Positions 44,885 to 54,879 of a stretch of DNA of 64,000 nt are shown one piece after another. Each line of letters starts with the position of its first letter. The first letter of the stretch is position 1. The translations under genes and the position numbers were made by a program. The DNA comes from Spirochaetaceae bacterium (GTDB lineage: Bacteria; Spirochaetota; Spirochaetia; SZUA-6; Bin103), in the NCBI GenBank assembly GCA_028821475.1, contig JAPPGB010000086.1, positions 54,896 through 118,895 on the forward strand, written 5' to 3'. Under the pieces are notes generated by a model, which made no database searches, was not told where the DNA came from, and worked only from the letters and a program-made list of their open reading frames with translations.

Positions 44885-45730
44885 TCAGGCGCCGGAGAAC
44901 CAGCCGAAGGCGTCGGCGAACACGACCCAGTAGTAGATCAGGTAACCGCCGGCGCCGACCAGGAACATGGCGCTGGCGCGGCTTATGGCCAGCATCGAGC
45001 CGCGCAGCCACTTGGCCACCGCGCCACGGAACAGGGCGGCGCCGACGGTGACGGCGATCAGCACCGACCCCATGCCCAGCGCGTAGCCCATGAACTGCCC
45101 GAAGGCGGCTCCCAGACCTTGCGTACCGAGGCCGATGCCCACCACGGCGAGAAAGATCGGCAGCGTGCAGCTCAGCGAGCTGATCGAGTAGGCGGCGCCG
45201 AACGCCACCACGTTGCCGAGGTTGCGGCGCGGGCTCACGTGCACGCGGCTGGCGGCCAGCAGCGCCAGCTTGCCGCGCCCGGTCAGCAGCCACACGCCGA
45301 TGCCCAGCAGCACGGCGCCGAGCGCGGCGCCGAAGAACCGGAACGTGGCGGTGAGCCATTGGCCGCCGGCCGCCACCACCACGCCCACCGCCGCGGCTAC
45401 CGCGATGAAGCCGCCGGTGGCCGCCACGCCGAGCAGCAGGCCGCGCCCCGCCCGCTCGACGAAGGAGCGGTCGTAGAACCCCTCCTCCTCGCTGCCGAGG
45501 TGGTAGGAGATGTAGGTGGGCAGCATCACGAACCCGCACGGGTTGACGCTCGCCACCATGCCGGCGAGGAACGCGAACAGGAACGGCAGGGTAACGGACA
45601 CGTTGGCCGCCGCCGACTCGACGTCGGCCTGCACGCGGATCACCGCCGCCAGCAGCGCGGCCACCACCAGCGCCGGCACCGCGAAGCTGATGACTTGGTT
45701 GCGGCGGCTGACCGCTTCTGCCCCGCTCAC
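44885..45730 (-). CDS. ccdA: Cytochrome c biogenesis / thiol-disulfide transporter CcdA (DsbD-like)
   Basis: A polytopic membrane protein with a conserved Cys in the TM region (SVNPCGFVMLP). The GTG start overlaps the upstream stop. Confidence 0.75.
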   Translation of the reverse strand: MSGAEAVSRRNQVISFAVPALVVAALLAAVIRVQADVESAAANVSVTLPFLFAFLAGMVASVNPCGFVMLPTYISYHLGSEEEGFYDRSFVERAGRGLLLGVAATGGFIAVAAAVGVVVAAGGQWLTATFRFFGAALGAVLLGIGVWLLTGRGKLALLAASRVHVSPRRNLGNVVAFGAAYSISSLSCTLPIFLAVVGIGLGTQGLGAAFGQFMGYALGMGSVLIAVTVGAALFRGAVAKWLRGSMLAISRASAMFLVGAGGYLIYYWVVFADAFGWFSGA

Positions 45731-46293
45731 CGGCTCACCGCGAGCAGTTCGTCGACGTGCTCGATCAGCTTTTCCTTGGTGAGGATGCCGGTCCACTTGG
45801 CGACGACCCCCCCGTCGGGGGTGACGAACAGGGTAGTCGGCATGCCGAGCACCTGGAACCGCGCCACCACGTCGGCGTCCTCGGTGGTACCCGCCGGGTA
45901 GGACACTCCCAGCTCGCTCAACAGCGCCCGGCCCTGGTCGGTGTTGCCGAGCCCGGTGAACGGCCCCAGGTCGATGCCCAGCATCAGGATACGGTCGCTG
46001 TACTCGTCGTACACCTCCTGGAACTCCGGCATCTCCGCCCGGCACGGAGGGCACAATCCGGCCCAGAAGTTGAGCACCACCGGCTTGCCCGCGTCGAGCA
46101 CCGCGCTGAACTGCATGCGCTCCGCGGTCAGTCCCGAACCGGTCTGATAGGCCACGATTTCGAAGTCGCCCACCCGCGGCAGGTCGGCCGCCACGGCGGC
46201 GGATCCCTCACCCGGTTTGTCCCCACCGCGGTTGCAGGCAGCCGCCAGCAGCAGCACGGCCATCCCGAGCAGCGCCAGCCGCGGCAACCTGAC
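45727..46293 (-). CDS. TlpA/ResA-like thioredoxin-fold thiol:disulfide oxidoreductase (lipoprotein)
   Basis: It has a CxxC motif (WAGLCPPCRAEMPEF) and a lipobox-like LLAAAC. The start is uncertain. Confidence 0.7.
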   Translation of the reverse strand, partial: VRLPRLALLGMAVLLLAAACNRGGDKPGEGSAAVAADLPRVGDFEIVAYQTGSGLTAERMQFSAVLDAGKPVVLNFWAGLCPPCRAEMPEFQEVYDEYSDRILMLGIDLGPFTGLGNTDQGRALLSELGVSYPAGTTEDADVVARFQVLGMPTTLFVTPDGGVVAKWTGILTKEKLIEHVDELLAVSR

Positions 46294-46447
46294 CGGGGAT
46301 CGGTGTACGTCGACGCCGGACGCCTCTCGTGTTTCGAAGGGACCGTGCCGATGCCTGTCTGACCTCGTATCCATCACACTGTTCCGATGCCGCCGGCGCG
46401 GCGAATCATACGCCGGTCCGCCAGCAGCATCGCCCCGTGCGGTTCAG

Positions 46448-47239
46448 CTAGCGCGCCAGCGACTCGGAGGGATGCTCGATCTCGCCCTCCACGTAGTCCT
46501 TGGGGCTCAGCTCCTCGATCGGCTCGCGGATTTGGCGAGCCACGCCGATGCCGATGGTCTCGGTGTTGCCGTCGAACGCGCACCAGCGCACGCCATTGGC
46601 GATGACGTGCAGCACGCCCTCGTGGTGAAAGATCGGATAGGTTTCATGGCCGGGGCGGAAGTAGAAGATCTTGCCGCGCCCGCGGTGCCAGACGGCCCCG
46701 CTACGGAACACCTCGCCGCCCTCGAACCAGCTCACGAACAGCAGTTCGTCCGGCTCGGGGATGTCGAAGTGCTCACCATACATCTCGGCGTTCGGAATCT
46801 CGATGTAGCGCCCGCACCCGCGGGTGATGGGATGATTGGGGTTGACCACCCACAGCCGCTCCCGCTCCGCCGCCTCGCGCCAGCACAGCCCGCAGCTCGT
46901 CCCCATCATGCGCTTGAAAATCTTCGAAAAGTGTCCCGAGTGCAGCACCACCAGCCCCATTCCCGCCAGGATGCGCTCCTGCACGCGATCCACGATGTCG
47001 TCGCGCACCTTGCGATGTGCGGCGTGCCCCCACCAGATCAGCACGTCGGTGTTGTCGAGCACCTCCTCGGTGAGGCCATGGTCCGGCTCCTCCAGCGTGG
47101 CGGTGGCAACCTCCAGGCCCGGCTGCCGGCGCAGGTAGCCGCCGATCTGCTCATGTATCCCGTGCGGATAAATGCCGCGCACGAAGTCGTTGTTCTGCTC
47201 GTGCACGAACTCGTTCCATACCGTTACCCGAATTGCCAT
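46448..47239 (-). CDS. ThuA-family (trehalose utilisation) protein
   Basis: The N-terminus [15 protein letters not shown] and a glutamine-amidotransferase-like fold are typical of ThuA. Confidence 0.65.
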   Translation of the reverse strand: MAIRVTVWNEFVHEQNNDFVRGIYPHGIHEQIGGYLRRQPGLEVATATLEEPDHGLTEEVLDNTDVLIWWGHAAHRKVRDDIVDRVQERILAGMGLVVLHSGHFSKIFKRMMGTSCGLCWREAAERERLWVVNPNHPITRGCGRYIEIPNAEMYGEHFDIPEPDELLFVSWFEGGEVFRSGAVWHRGRGKIFYFRPGHETYPIFHHEGVLHVIANGVRWCAFDGNTETIGIGVARQIREPIEELSPKDYVEGEIEHPSESLAR

Positions 47240-47404
47240 TGCGTCTCTCCCTTGAACCTGTCGTGGTGTGGCTCCAACAGTACTCGTCCACCGCGCGGTT
47301 GGGGAACCGGCACCAACGCTGCGCCACTGCGCCACTGTGCGCCTACCCTGCACCCTGTCCGACTTTGCAGCACAGGTGGGTTGCGCTACCATTGTCGAGA
47401 GCCG

Positions 47405-48049
47405 ATGCCGGAAGCACAGTTGGCAGGGCGATCCAATGCGCGGTGGGTGGCCGATCTCCAGGCGGCGGGGCCGGCCCGCGATGCCGCCATTGGCGACCTG
47501 CGCCGGATCCTGGTGGCCGGCCTGCGCCGCGGGCTGTTGCGACAGATCCGGGCGAGCGGGCGCGAGTTCGACGCCCAGGCGGAGGACTTCGTGCAGGAGG
47601 CGCTGCTCAAGATCCTCGATCAACTGGACTCGTTCCGGGACGAGAGCCGGTTCACCACCTGGGCGCACAAGATCGCCGTGCGCGTGGCGCTCACCGAACT
47701 GCGCCGCAAGCGCTGGCAGGACGTTTCGCTCGATGCGCTGGCCGCGTCGCCCGACGAGATGCGGCCGGCGGAATTTGCCGATCCGGCGCCCGGTCCCGCG
47801 CAGACCGCCGACAAGAAGGCGGTAACCGCCCTCCTGCACCGTTACATCCACAACGAGTTGACCGAGCGGCAGCGGCGCGCGCTGCTGGCGGTGGGCATCT
47901 ACGGGATGCCGCTCGAGGAAGTGGCGCGCCGCATGGGCAGCACCCGGAACGCCATGTACAAGCTACTGCACGACGCGCGCCGCAGTCTGCAGCGCAAGCT
48001 GACCGCCGACGGCTTCAGCCGCGAGCAGTTGCTGCGGGTGTTCGGCTGA
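47405..48049 (+). CDS. ECF-type RNA polymerase sigma factor
   Basis: It has sigma-70 region 2 ([10 protein letters not shown]) and region 4 HTH ([21 protein letters not shown]). Confidence 0.8.
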   Translation: MPEAQLAGRSNARWVADLQAAGPARDAAIGDLRRILVAGLRRGLLRQIRASGREFDAQAEDFVQEALLKILDQLDSFRDESRFTTWAHKIAVRVALTELRRKRWQDVSLDALAASPDEMRPAEFADPAPGPAQTADKKAVTALLHRYIHNELTERQRRALLAVGIYGMPLEEVARRMGSTRNAMYKLLHDARRSLQRKLTADGFSREQLLRVFG

Positions 48050-48141
48050 TGAACACTGGGGTTGCACGCCGTTGGAAAGGGAACGTGCGTTCCGTCGTAA
48101 GCTCGGCGCGGGACGGCGCGTCAGGATGAGAGAGCGTACCC

Positions 48142-48456
48142 ATGGCCGCACATGATGCACCACTGTTGAGCCGGTTGCAGCGCGCCGCCGGCGGCATGCT
48201 CGGGCGCCCACCGCTCGGGCACCCGCAGATGCCGCTACGCATGTTCCTCAAGGGGATGGGCGGCATGGTAGCGCGCACCGGCGAACAGGAAATGTCCTGT
48301 GAGGAGTGCTTTTCCGAGCTCGACCGCCTCGTGGACCTGGTGTCCGGCGGCGGCGACATCAACTCACTCGGCCCACTGGTCGCCGACCACCTGCGCCGCT
48401 GCGGCGACTGCTACGAGGAATACGCCATCCTGCTCCACATCGCCCGCGCCGACTGA
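48142..48456 (+). CDS. Zinc-binding anti-sigma factor (ZAS family)
   Basis: The H-x3-C-x2-C arrangement (CEECF ... HLRRCGDCYEEY) sits immediately downstream of the sigma factor gene. Confidence 0.6.
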   Translation: MAAHDAPLLSRLQRAAGGMLGRPPLGHPQMPLRMFLKGMGGMVARTGEQEMSCEECFSELDRLVDLVSGGGDINSLGPLVADHLRRCGDCYEEYAILLHIARAD

Positions 48457-48692
48457 CCTGCCACAAACTCTCAAGCTGGTGCCGGCCGTGGCCAGACTGG
48501 CCCACGCGATCCCGACGTTGCTGCCGCAAGCTCGCACTGATGATCACCCGCAGTGAACCGCGGTCCGGCGGTGCACCCTGGTCTGCGCTGCGCCACGTTT
48601 GCCGAGACGAATGCCCACACCACGCGGAGCCGGCGCGCAACAGGTGCTGCCTGCCGCCCCGCTGCCGCCGGCCGCGACCGGAAGGAAGCCGC

Positions 48693-49718
48693 CTACCAGT
48701 GCTCCCGGTACTGCGCCACCTTGCGCGCCACGCCGCCACCGGCGAACGCCGCGCGGGCCGCCGCACAACCGGCTGCAATGCTGTCAGCGGCCTCCGCACA
48801 GAACAATGCCGCCCCCGCATTGAGACATATCAGGTCGGTCAGGGGGGACGGCTCGGCGGCGGCGGCGATGAGGTCGGTGAACAGCGCGGCGTTGTCCTCG
48901 CCGCTGCCGGCGGGAAGGGCGGCGTACGGGACCGGGGCTATGCCGAACTGGTCGGGGCTCACGGTCTCCCGCCGCACGGTGCCGGCATCCAGGGTGAACA
49001 CCTCCGTGGGGCCGGCGATCGACAGGTCGTCGATGCCCGGGGCGCCGCACACCACCAGGGCGCGGCGCCGGCCGAGGTCCGCGAGAACCTCGATCAGCAA
49101 CTCCGCCGCGGCCACGCTGCTCGCGCCCATGAACTGGTAGGGCGGCCGCGCCGGATTGCACAGCGGCGCCGCCAGGTTGAAGATGGTGCGCCGCGCCACC
49201 TGCTGCCGAGCCGGCGCCACCGCGGCCATCGCCGGGTGCCACGCACGTGCGAAGAAGAATGCCAGCCCGGTGGCCGCGAAGCACTGCTCCATCGCCCCCG
49301 GCTCCATGTCGTATTCGATGCCAAGCGCATCGAGAAAGTCGAAGCTGCCGTTGGGTTGGCGGGAGCCGCGGTTGCCGTGCTTGACCACGGGCGTACCGGC
49401 AGCGGCCACCGTGAACGCCGCCGCGGTCGACACGTTGAAGCGCGCCAACCCGCTGCCGCCGGTGCCTGCCAAGTCGACCCCGCGCCCACGCACCCCCGCG
49501 GGAGCCGGCGTGGCGCGCTCCAGGATGGCGCGCGCGAACCCGGTCACCTCGCCTGCCGTCTCCCCCTTTTCGGCCAGCGCCTGCAGCAACGCCACTACCT
49601 GGTCCAGCTCGGTCGCCGCGCCTGCGAACACCGCATCGGCGCACGCCCGCGCCTCGTCGGCCGTCAAGTCCTTGCCCGCGGCAACGGCGGCCGTGTACTG
49701 CGCTACCTGAGAACTCAT
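48693..49718 (-). CDS. trpD: Anthranilate phosphoribosyltransferase
   Basis: Conserved TrpD blocks (DLAGTGGSG ... VKHGNR). Confidence 0.85.
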   Translation of the reverse strand: MSSQVAQYTAAVAAGKDLTADEARACADAVFAGAATELDQVVALLQALAEKGETAGEVTGFARAILERATPAPAGVRGRGVDLAGTGGSGLARFNVSTAAAFTVAAAGTPVVKHGNRGSRQPNGSFDFLDALGIEYDMEPGAMEQCFAATGLAFFFARAWHPAMAAVAPARQQVARRTIFNLAAPLCNPARPPYQFMGASSVAAAELLIEVLADLGRRRALVVCGAPGIDDLSIAGPTEVFTLDAGTVRRETVSPDQFGIAPVPYAALPAGSGEDNAALFTDLIAAAAEPSPLTDLICLNAGAALFCAEAADSIAAGCAAARAAFAGGGVARKVAQYREHW

Positions 49719-49921
49719 GGCCGCCACTGTAAACCGACACCGCGGCAACCGGCCACGCCATGTTCACGCCAGGTTGACGTGGCGCGCGGCAGCGGGGAAA
49801 GCTGGCGCCATGAGGCCCGCACCCCGATCCAGGCGTTCGCCGGCCGCGTGATCGTGCCAGCAAAGCGGTGGTCGTGGCAGGAGGGCCGGGTGCGGCGCCG
49901 GCGGGCAGCGGAGGTCGCGGG

Positions 49922-50467
49922 GTGATTGTGTCGGCGGCTTTGCAGTTCAAGTGGCAGCGCCGGGTGCGGCGCAAGAGCCCGCTGCGGTTTGCCCCCGGCC
50001 TCAACACGCTCGCCGGCCCCAACGGCTCCGGCAAGAGCACCATCATCAAGGCGCTGCTCGACGGGGCCGACTGCCGGCTGCAATTCGAGGGCAGCGAAGA
50101 CATCCGCCTGTTCGACACCGAGCGGATGAACCCGCGCGTGTTGTCCACGCCGGCGGCCACCCCCGCCGAGATGGCGCTGCGCCTGCGCGGGAGCTTCTCC
50201 TCGCACGGCCAGATCATCCGCCAGGCGCTCGCCGCCCTGCCCCCCGGCGCGCGCGGAATGACCTTGCTGGTCGACGAACCGGAGGCGGGCCAGGACTTCG
50301 CCGCCGTGCAGCGCATCAAGGCCACCATCGACGCCGCCTGCACGCAGGAGGGCTACCAATTCATCGTCGCGTCCCACCACCCCGTGTTCTGGTTCGATAC
50401 CCACCTGATCGAGCTTGAACCCGGTTACACGGGCCACGTCCTCGCCGCACTCGCCACTCTGCACTGA
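49922..50467 (+). CDS. Minimal ABC-like ATPase (about 181 aa)
   Basis: Walker A (GPNGSGKST), a signature-like FSSHGQ, Walker B (LLVDEPEAGQD) and an H-loop (ASHH). There is no TM partner gene adjacent. GTG start. Confidence 0.5.
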   Translation: MIVSAALQFKWQRRVRRKSPLRFAPGLNTLAGPNGSGKSTIIKALLDGADCRLQFEGSEDIRLFDTERMNPRVLSTPAATPAEMALRLRGSFSSHGQIIRQALAALPPGARGMTLLVDEPEAGQDFAAVQRIKATIDAACTQEGYQFIVASHHPVFWFDTHLIELEPGYTGHVLAALATLH

Positions 50468-50505
50468 CCTCCGCAGTCCGGAGCGCACTGCCGGCCGCGT
50501 CGCCA

Positions 50506-51027
50506 TTATCCTCGATAGAACCCTTGTGCACTCGGAAGCCGGCCATGGTCGTCGATCACTGCGACTCGGCTCGGGAGCCGGTCGGCCCAACGCCAGAACA
50601 CGAGGTTGATGTCGTTCCGCCCCGCACCGGCAGCGAAACCACGGACCTGCATCCCGGCGTATCCGGCAGCGATGAGCCGGTCGGCCACCGCTTGCGACGG
50701 CGGCACCTTGCCGCCGTACATCACCGTTCTCCAAGTCGGGCAATGCAGGTCCGAATCGGTTACGCCGGCGTTGACGCACTCCTTCCCGTCCAGCGAGTTG
50801 AAGATCGGTGCCGCGTCGACGTCATACGCACACAGCAGAATCGGTTGCAGGGGACGCCCCAGTGGACTGGCTTCGTGCACCGCGGTCATCGGCGACAAGG
50901 ATGTGTAGAGCGCAGAGACGCCACTCCGGTTGAAGCGTCCTCCGTACCGGCGCGCTCCTTCTCCGGAGACCGGAGTCCAGGACCAGCGCGGGTCGTGCGC
51001 GCGATACACCACTCCTTGGAATCTCAT
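50506..51027 (-). CDS. RES-domain toxin (NAD+-targeting, MbcT/Res-like)
   Basis: It has a RES-domain core (YRAHDPRW ... GGRFN ... SALYTSLS). Start taken at MRFQG. Confidence 0.75.
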   Translation of the reverse strand: MRFQGVVYRAHDPRWSWTPVSGEGARRYGGRFNRSGVSALYTSLSPMTAVHEASPLGRPLQPILLCAYDVDAAPIFNSLDGKECVNAGVTDSDLHCPTWRTVMYGGKVPPSQAVADRLIAAGYAGMQVRGFAAGAGRNDINLVFWRWADRLPSRVAVIDDHGRLPSAQGFYRG

Positions 51028-51128
51028 CGGACGCGAGCAAACCTCCGCGCGGCGGCGCATGGGTGCACGAACGGGAGACCGCGTTCAGTGGGAGAAACGA
51101 GGGTACGCTTGATGCCGCGGGCGCCGCA

Positions 51129-51488
51129 TCAAGCGTAGCCTCCGGCGATGACCTGATCGAGGTATGCGTGAACGTAGGCCGCCTTGCCTCGGCGCACCAA
51201 CTGGTCCGGAGTCATGCAATCCAACCCCGGCAGCGGCTCCGAACGGAACCAGGCATAGGCCACAAGGGTGGCGCAGCCGGTATGCGCCTGCACCCGGCGC
51301 AGAATCTCCATCATCTCGCGCAACCGGGTCTGCGTCTTTGGCGCCCGCACTCGGGCAGTCCTCGAAAACGCATCCTGGCCAAGACCAAGGGTGCTCGCAA
51401 TCTCCGTCCTGGTGGTCCGCAGTGCGTCGGCGATCAACGCCGGCGAGAACACCTCATCCTCGACCATCTCCTGCAACTCCATGGCCAC
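51129..51488 (-). CDS. Xre/MbcA/ParS-like antitoxin (DUF2384) cognate to the RES toxin
   Basis: A 119-aa protein upstream of the RES gene with a conserved C-terminal block (AYAWFRSEPLPGL ... QVIAGGYA). Confidence 0.65.
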   Translation of the reverse strand: MAMELQEMVEDEVFSPALIADALRTTRTEIASTLGLGQDAFSRTARVRAPKTQTRLREMMEILRRVQAHTGCATLVAYAWFRSEPLPGLDCMTPDQLVRRGKAAYVHAYLDQVIAGGYA

Positions 51489-51551
51489 CTACCACTCAGA
51501 TATTATCGCGCTATTCCTGGGCAATCAACCTGATCTCGCTCACACGCCACC

Positions 51552-52340
51552 TCACGCCGTGAGGAATTTGCCGGGGATGCGGGTGGGTTCGTACTCGGCG
51601 TCGGGGTCGCGGTCGGCGATGACGCGCGGGACTTCGGCCTGCCAGTAGGCCGGCACCGTGTCCGGGCGGCGGTGCCACAGCAGCAGCAGGTCGCGCGGTT
51701 CGTCGGTCTGGTTCTTGTAGGCGGCGTGCAGGACGCGGGCATCGGCGAGCACCAGGTCGCGCGGGCCCACCTCGACGTTCACCTGGTCGGGGTGGTCGCT
51801 GAACATGACCGGATGGTCCTCTTCGATGAACCGGGCGCCCTGCTCGTGCGCGGTCACCAGGACGTCGTGCAGTGGTATGCGCCTGCGGTGCGTGCCGGGG
51901 ATGATCTTCAGGCACCCGTTCTCGACGCTGGTGCCTTCCAGGTAGTAGGACACGAAGATGGTCTGCGGCCACGGCGTGCAGCTCAGCGGGTCGTTCCACT
52001 GCATCCAGTCCTGGTGCCAGTACAGCGCCGGCCCGCGCGCCGGCTTGGTGAGCACCAGCAGGGCGTCCCGGTGGGCGAAGTCGCCGAACCCCAGCTCCTC
52101 GAGCGCCCGGCGCGCGGGCGGCCACTCGGCGAGCCGGCGCATGATCGGGTTGTCGGCGTACTTGATGCCGAGGTGGGTGCCCTGGTACCTGGTATCGGGA
52201 TGATGCGCCTCGGTCGCGTTGAGGCGGGCGGTCTCGTCGCGCAACTCGGCGACGAATTCGTCGGTTAGCACGTCCCGCACCACGCAGAATCCATCGCGGA
52301 TCATCTGCTCCCGCGTCTGCAGTGCTACTTCCGGGGTCAT
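51552..52340 (-). CDS. Phytanoyl-CoA dioxygenase (PhyH) family protein
   Basis: It has the WHQDW HxD motif and PhyH-like length. Start taken at MTPEVAL. Confidence 0.7.
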   Translation of the reverse strand: MTPEVALQTREQMIRDGFCVVRDVLTDEFVAELRDETARLNATEAHHPDTRYQGTHLGIKYADNPIMRRLAEWPPARRALEELGFGDFAHRDALLVLTKPARGPALYWHQDWMQWNDPLSCTPWPQTIFVSYYLEGTSVENGCLKIIPGTHRRRIPLHDVLVTAHEQGARFIEEDHPVMFSDHPDQVNVEVGPRDLVLADARVLHAAYKNQTDEPRDLLLLWHRRPDTVPAYWQAEVPRVIADRDPDAEYEPTRIPGKFLTA

Positions 52341-52620
52341 CGTTGGATCTTGCTCCTTGGATCGGATCGTGGGCAGGTGCCGCGTCGCTGTCAACCGCTC
52401 GGAGGCTGGGGGAGGCTGGACGAGGCCGGACAAGGCGCCGAGCTGCCCACGCCGCGCCACAAGAGCGCGCCCGTCACTCAAGCCGCGGCGGGCGTTCGCG
52501 ATCCCATGTCCATCGAGCGTTCGCGGTCCACGGACGGCGGCCCGCGGATGGAGTGGCCGCGCACATCGTCTACCCGACCTGCGGTCCGGTCATCTCCGGC
52601 GACGCCGGTTCGATGATACG

Positions 52621-53733
52621 ATGGCGGCGGGGGTTGCGATGGAGATTACCGAGATTACCGAGATTGCCATTGTCGGCTGCGGGGGCATCTCGCATGCCCA
52701 TGCCCGCGCGGCGCTGAGCCTGGGCGGGAAGGTGCGGTTCGCGGCCTGCTGCGACACCGACGCCGAGCGAGCCCGCGACTGGGCCGCCAAGTATGGGGCG
52801 GAACGGACCTACGCGAGCCTGGAAGCGCTGCTCGACGCGGAGTCGCCGCAAGCAGTGCTGCTGGCGACCTGGCCCAACCTGCACCGTTCCCAGGTCGAGA
52901 CCTGCCTCGCCGCCGGGGTACGCAACATCCTGTGCGAGAAGGCGCTGGCGGTGACCGGCGCGGAGGCGAGCGAGATCCACGACCTGGCGCGTGCCGCCGG
53001 GGCGCTGGTCATGGAAGCGTTCATGTATCGCCACCATCCCGCGATCCGCGCCATCGAGCAGCGCATCGCCGCCGGCGCCGTGGGCGAGGTGGACTACGTG
53101 CGCGCCGTGTTCAACCTCTGGGACGCGGAGCTGGAGGCGCCCGACGACGACACCAGGAACTGGCGCCAGCGCAAGGAGACGGCCGGCGGCGTGCCGTTCG
53201 ACCTGGCATGCTACGCGGTGAACGCGTGCGGGCACTTCGCGCAGTCCCTGCCGGTGCGGGCAAGCGCGACCGGATCCGTGAGCGAGCGCTACGGCACCAT
53301 CAACCGGCTCGCGGGTGTGGTGGAATACGAGAACGGACGCATCGGCGTGATCGAGAGCAGCAGGCGGTCGTCGTTCAGCCAGGAGTTGCTGATTTCCGGC
53401 TCGCACGGCGCGCTGCACCTCCCGGTCGCCTGGTCACTGGACGCGGTGACCAGCGTGACCACGGTCCGCAGCCCGCGGTTCACGGAGGTCGAGCGCGAGG
53501 ACCACGCGGTGGAGCAGGCCAACTCCTACGCGCTGCAACTCGACAACTTCGCGCGCGCCGCCGCCGGCCGCGCGCAACCACTACTCCCGCTGGTGCAGTC
53601 GGTGGTGAACGCCCACGTCTCCGAAGCGCTCAACACGAGCCTGCTGGAGCGCCGCAACGTGAACATCGAACTGCCGGAGGAGATCGCCGCCGCCTACCGC
53701 ACCTGCCTGCCGGAACGCGGCACCGATTCTTGA
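52621..53733 (+). CDS. Gfo/Idh/MocA family oxidoreductase
   Basis: Rossmann fold (IAIVGCGGISHAHA). It contains a GAGATTACC x3 in-frame 9-bp repeat at 52642-52668. Confidence 0.75.
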   Translation: MAAGVAMEITEITEIAIVGCGGISHAHARAALSLGGKVRFAACCDTDAERARDWAAKYGAERTYASLEALLDAESPQAVLLATWPNLHRSQVETCLAAGVRNILCEKALAVTGAEASEIHDLARAAGALVMEAFMYRHHPAIRAIEQRIAAGAVGEVDYVRAVFNLWDAELEAPDDDTRNWRQRKETAGGVPFDLACYAVNACGHFAQSLPVRASATGSVSERYGTINRLAGVVEYENGRIGVIESSRRSSFSQELLISGSHGALHLPVAWSLDAVTSVTTVRSPRFTEVEREDHAVEQANSYALQLDNFARAAAGRAQPLLPLVQSVVNAHVSEALNTSLLERRNVNIELPEEIAAAYRTCLPERGTDS

Positions 53734-54110
53734 ACCGGTTCGGGCGCGCCTTGCTCGCGGTGCTGCCGATCTCACCCGCATTGGACGGCGGTGCAGTGCG
53801 CACGTCGCCTCCCGGTGTGGCCTGACCTCACTGCCCTCGACCGCCCGTTCGCCCTGGGCGATCAGCTCCACAATGCCGCGCACATCGTCTTGGCAGGATG
53901 GCCCCGAGGTTGGCTCCCGTGCCGGTCCGCGGAGCAACTGTCACCACGGTAGCTCCGGTGGCTTCTTTCATTATCCACTCAGAATCGGTGTCGACGGCGG
54001 CCTGGACAGACAACACCGCCTACGCGCGACCGGCGCGACCTGCGGCTGCCTTCCGGGCGGCTGCGGTTGTGTCGACACACCGCCATCGAGCCGGTACGGT
54101 TCCGCTATCC

Positions 54111-54704
54111 ATGACAACGGACCAAGACCAATCCGGACGCGTCGCTTCGGCGGCGGTGGAAGATCTGATCATCGGCCGCTGGTCGCCGCGCTCGTTCTCC
54201 TCCGATCCGCTCAGCGATGCCGAGGTCGCCTCCCTGTTCGAAGGCGCGCGCTGGGCGCCGTCTTCGTTCAACGGGCAGCCGTGGCTGTTCCTGTACGAGA
54301 CCGACGGCCCGGACCGCCCGCTGTTCGACTCGGTGCTGATGCCGCGCAACCGGGCGTGGGCGGCGAAAGCGCCGCTGGTGGGGTTCATCTACGCCAACAC
54401 GCGCCTCCCGGACGGACGCGAGCCGCGCACCGCCCAGTTCGACACCGGCGCGGCCTGGATGGCGCTGGCGCTGCAGGCGCGGGCGCTAGGGCTCCATACC
54501 CACGCCATGGCCGGCATCGACCGGAAGGCCGCCCACGACCGGCTCGGCGTGGACGCCGAACGCTACACCGTGATGTGCGGATTCGCCGCCGGCCGCATCG
54601 GCCCGCGCGACGCGCTGCCGGACGAGCTTCGCGAGCGGGAACAACCGAACGACCGCAAGCCGATCGGCGAAATCGCGCACCGTGGAGTCCTGCGTACCGG
54701 CTGA
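54111..54704 (+). CDS. Nitroreductase family protein
   Basis: A nitroreductase-fold N-terminus (RWSPRSFSSDPLSDAEV ... APSSFNGQPW). Confidence 0.7.
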   Translation: MTTDQDQSGRVASAAVEDLIIGRWSPRSFSSDPLSDAEVASLFEGARWAPSSFNGQPWLFLYETDGPDRPLFDSVLMPRNRAWAAKAPLVGFIYANTRLPDGREPRTAQFDTGAAWMALALQARALGLHTHAMAGIDRKAAHDRLGVDAERYTVMCGFAAGRIGPRDALPDELREREQPNDRKPIGEIAHRGVLRTG

Positions 54705-54879
54705 GCCCCGGCGAGACGCGGGCGTTGCGGTACGGGTGTTGCGGTGCGGGCGCGATGGACGGCGCGACCGTTGCGCCCGGTACGCCGCGCGGGCCGCAAT
54801 GATTCCAGCAGGGTATCATTGACATGACGCGCGCAGACGCATAACGTCTCGATTGATCGCCGCTGCGGTCCGCAATCAC

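Noticed and set aside
46217-47404. 5' part of the 610-aa ORF ending at 48049
   Set aside because: It is antisense to the ThuA gene. The ECF sigma factor starts at the ATG at 47405.
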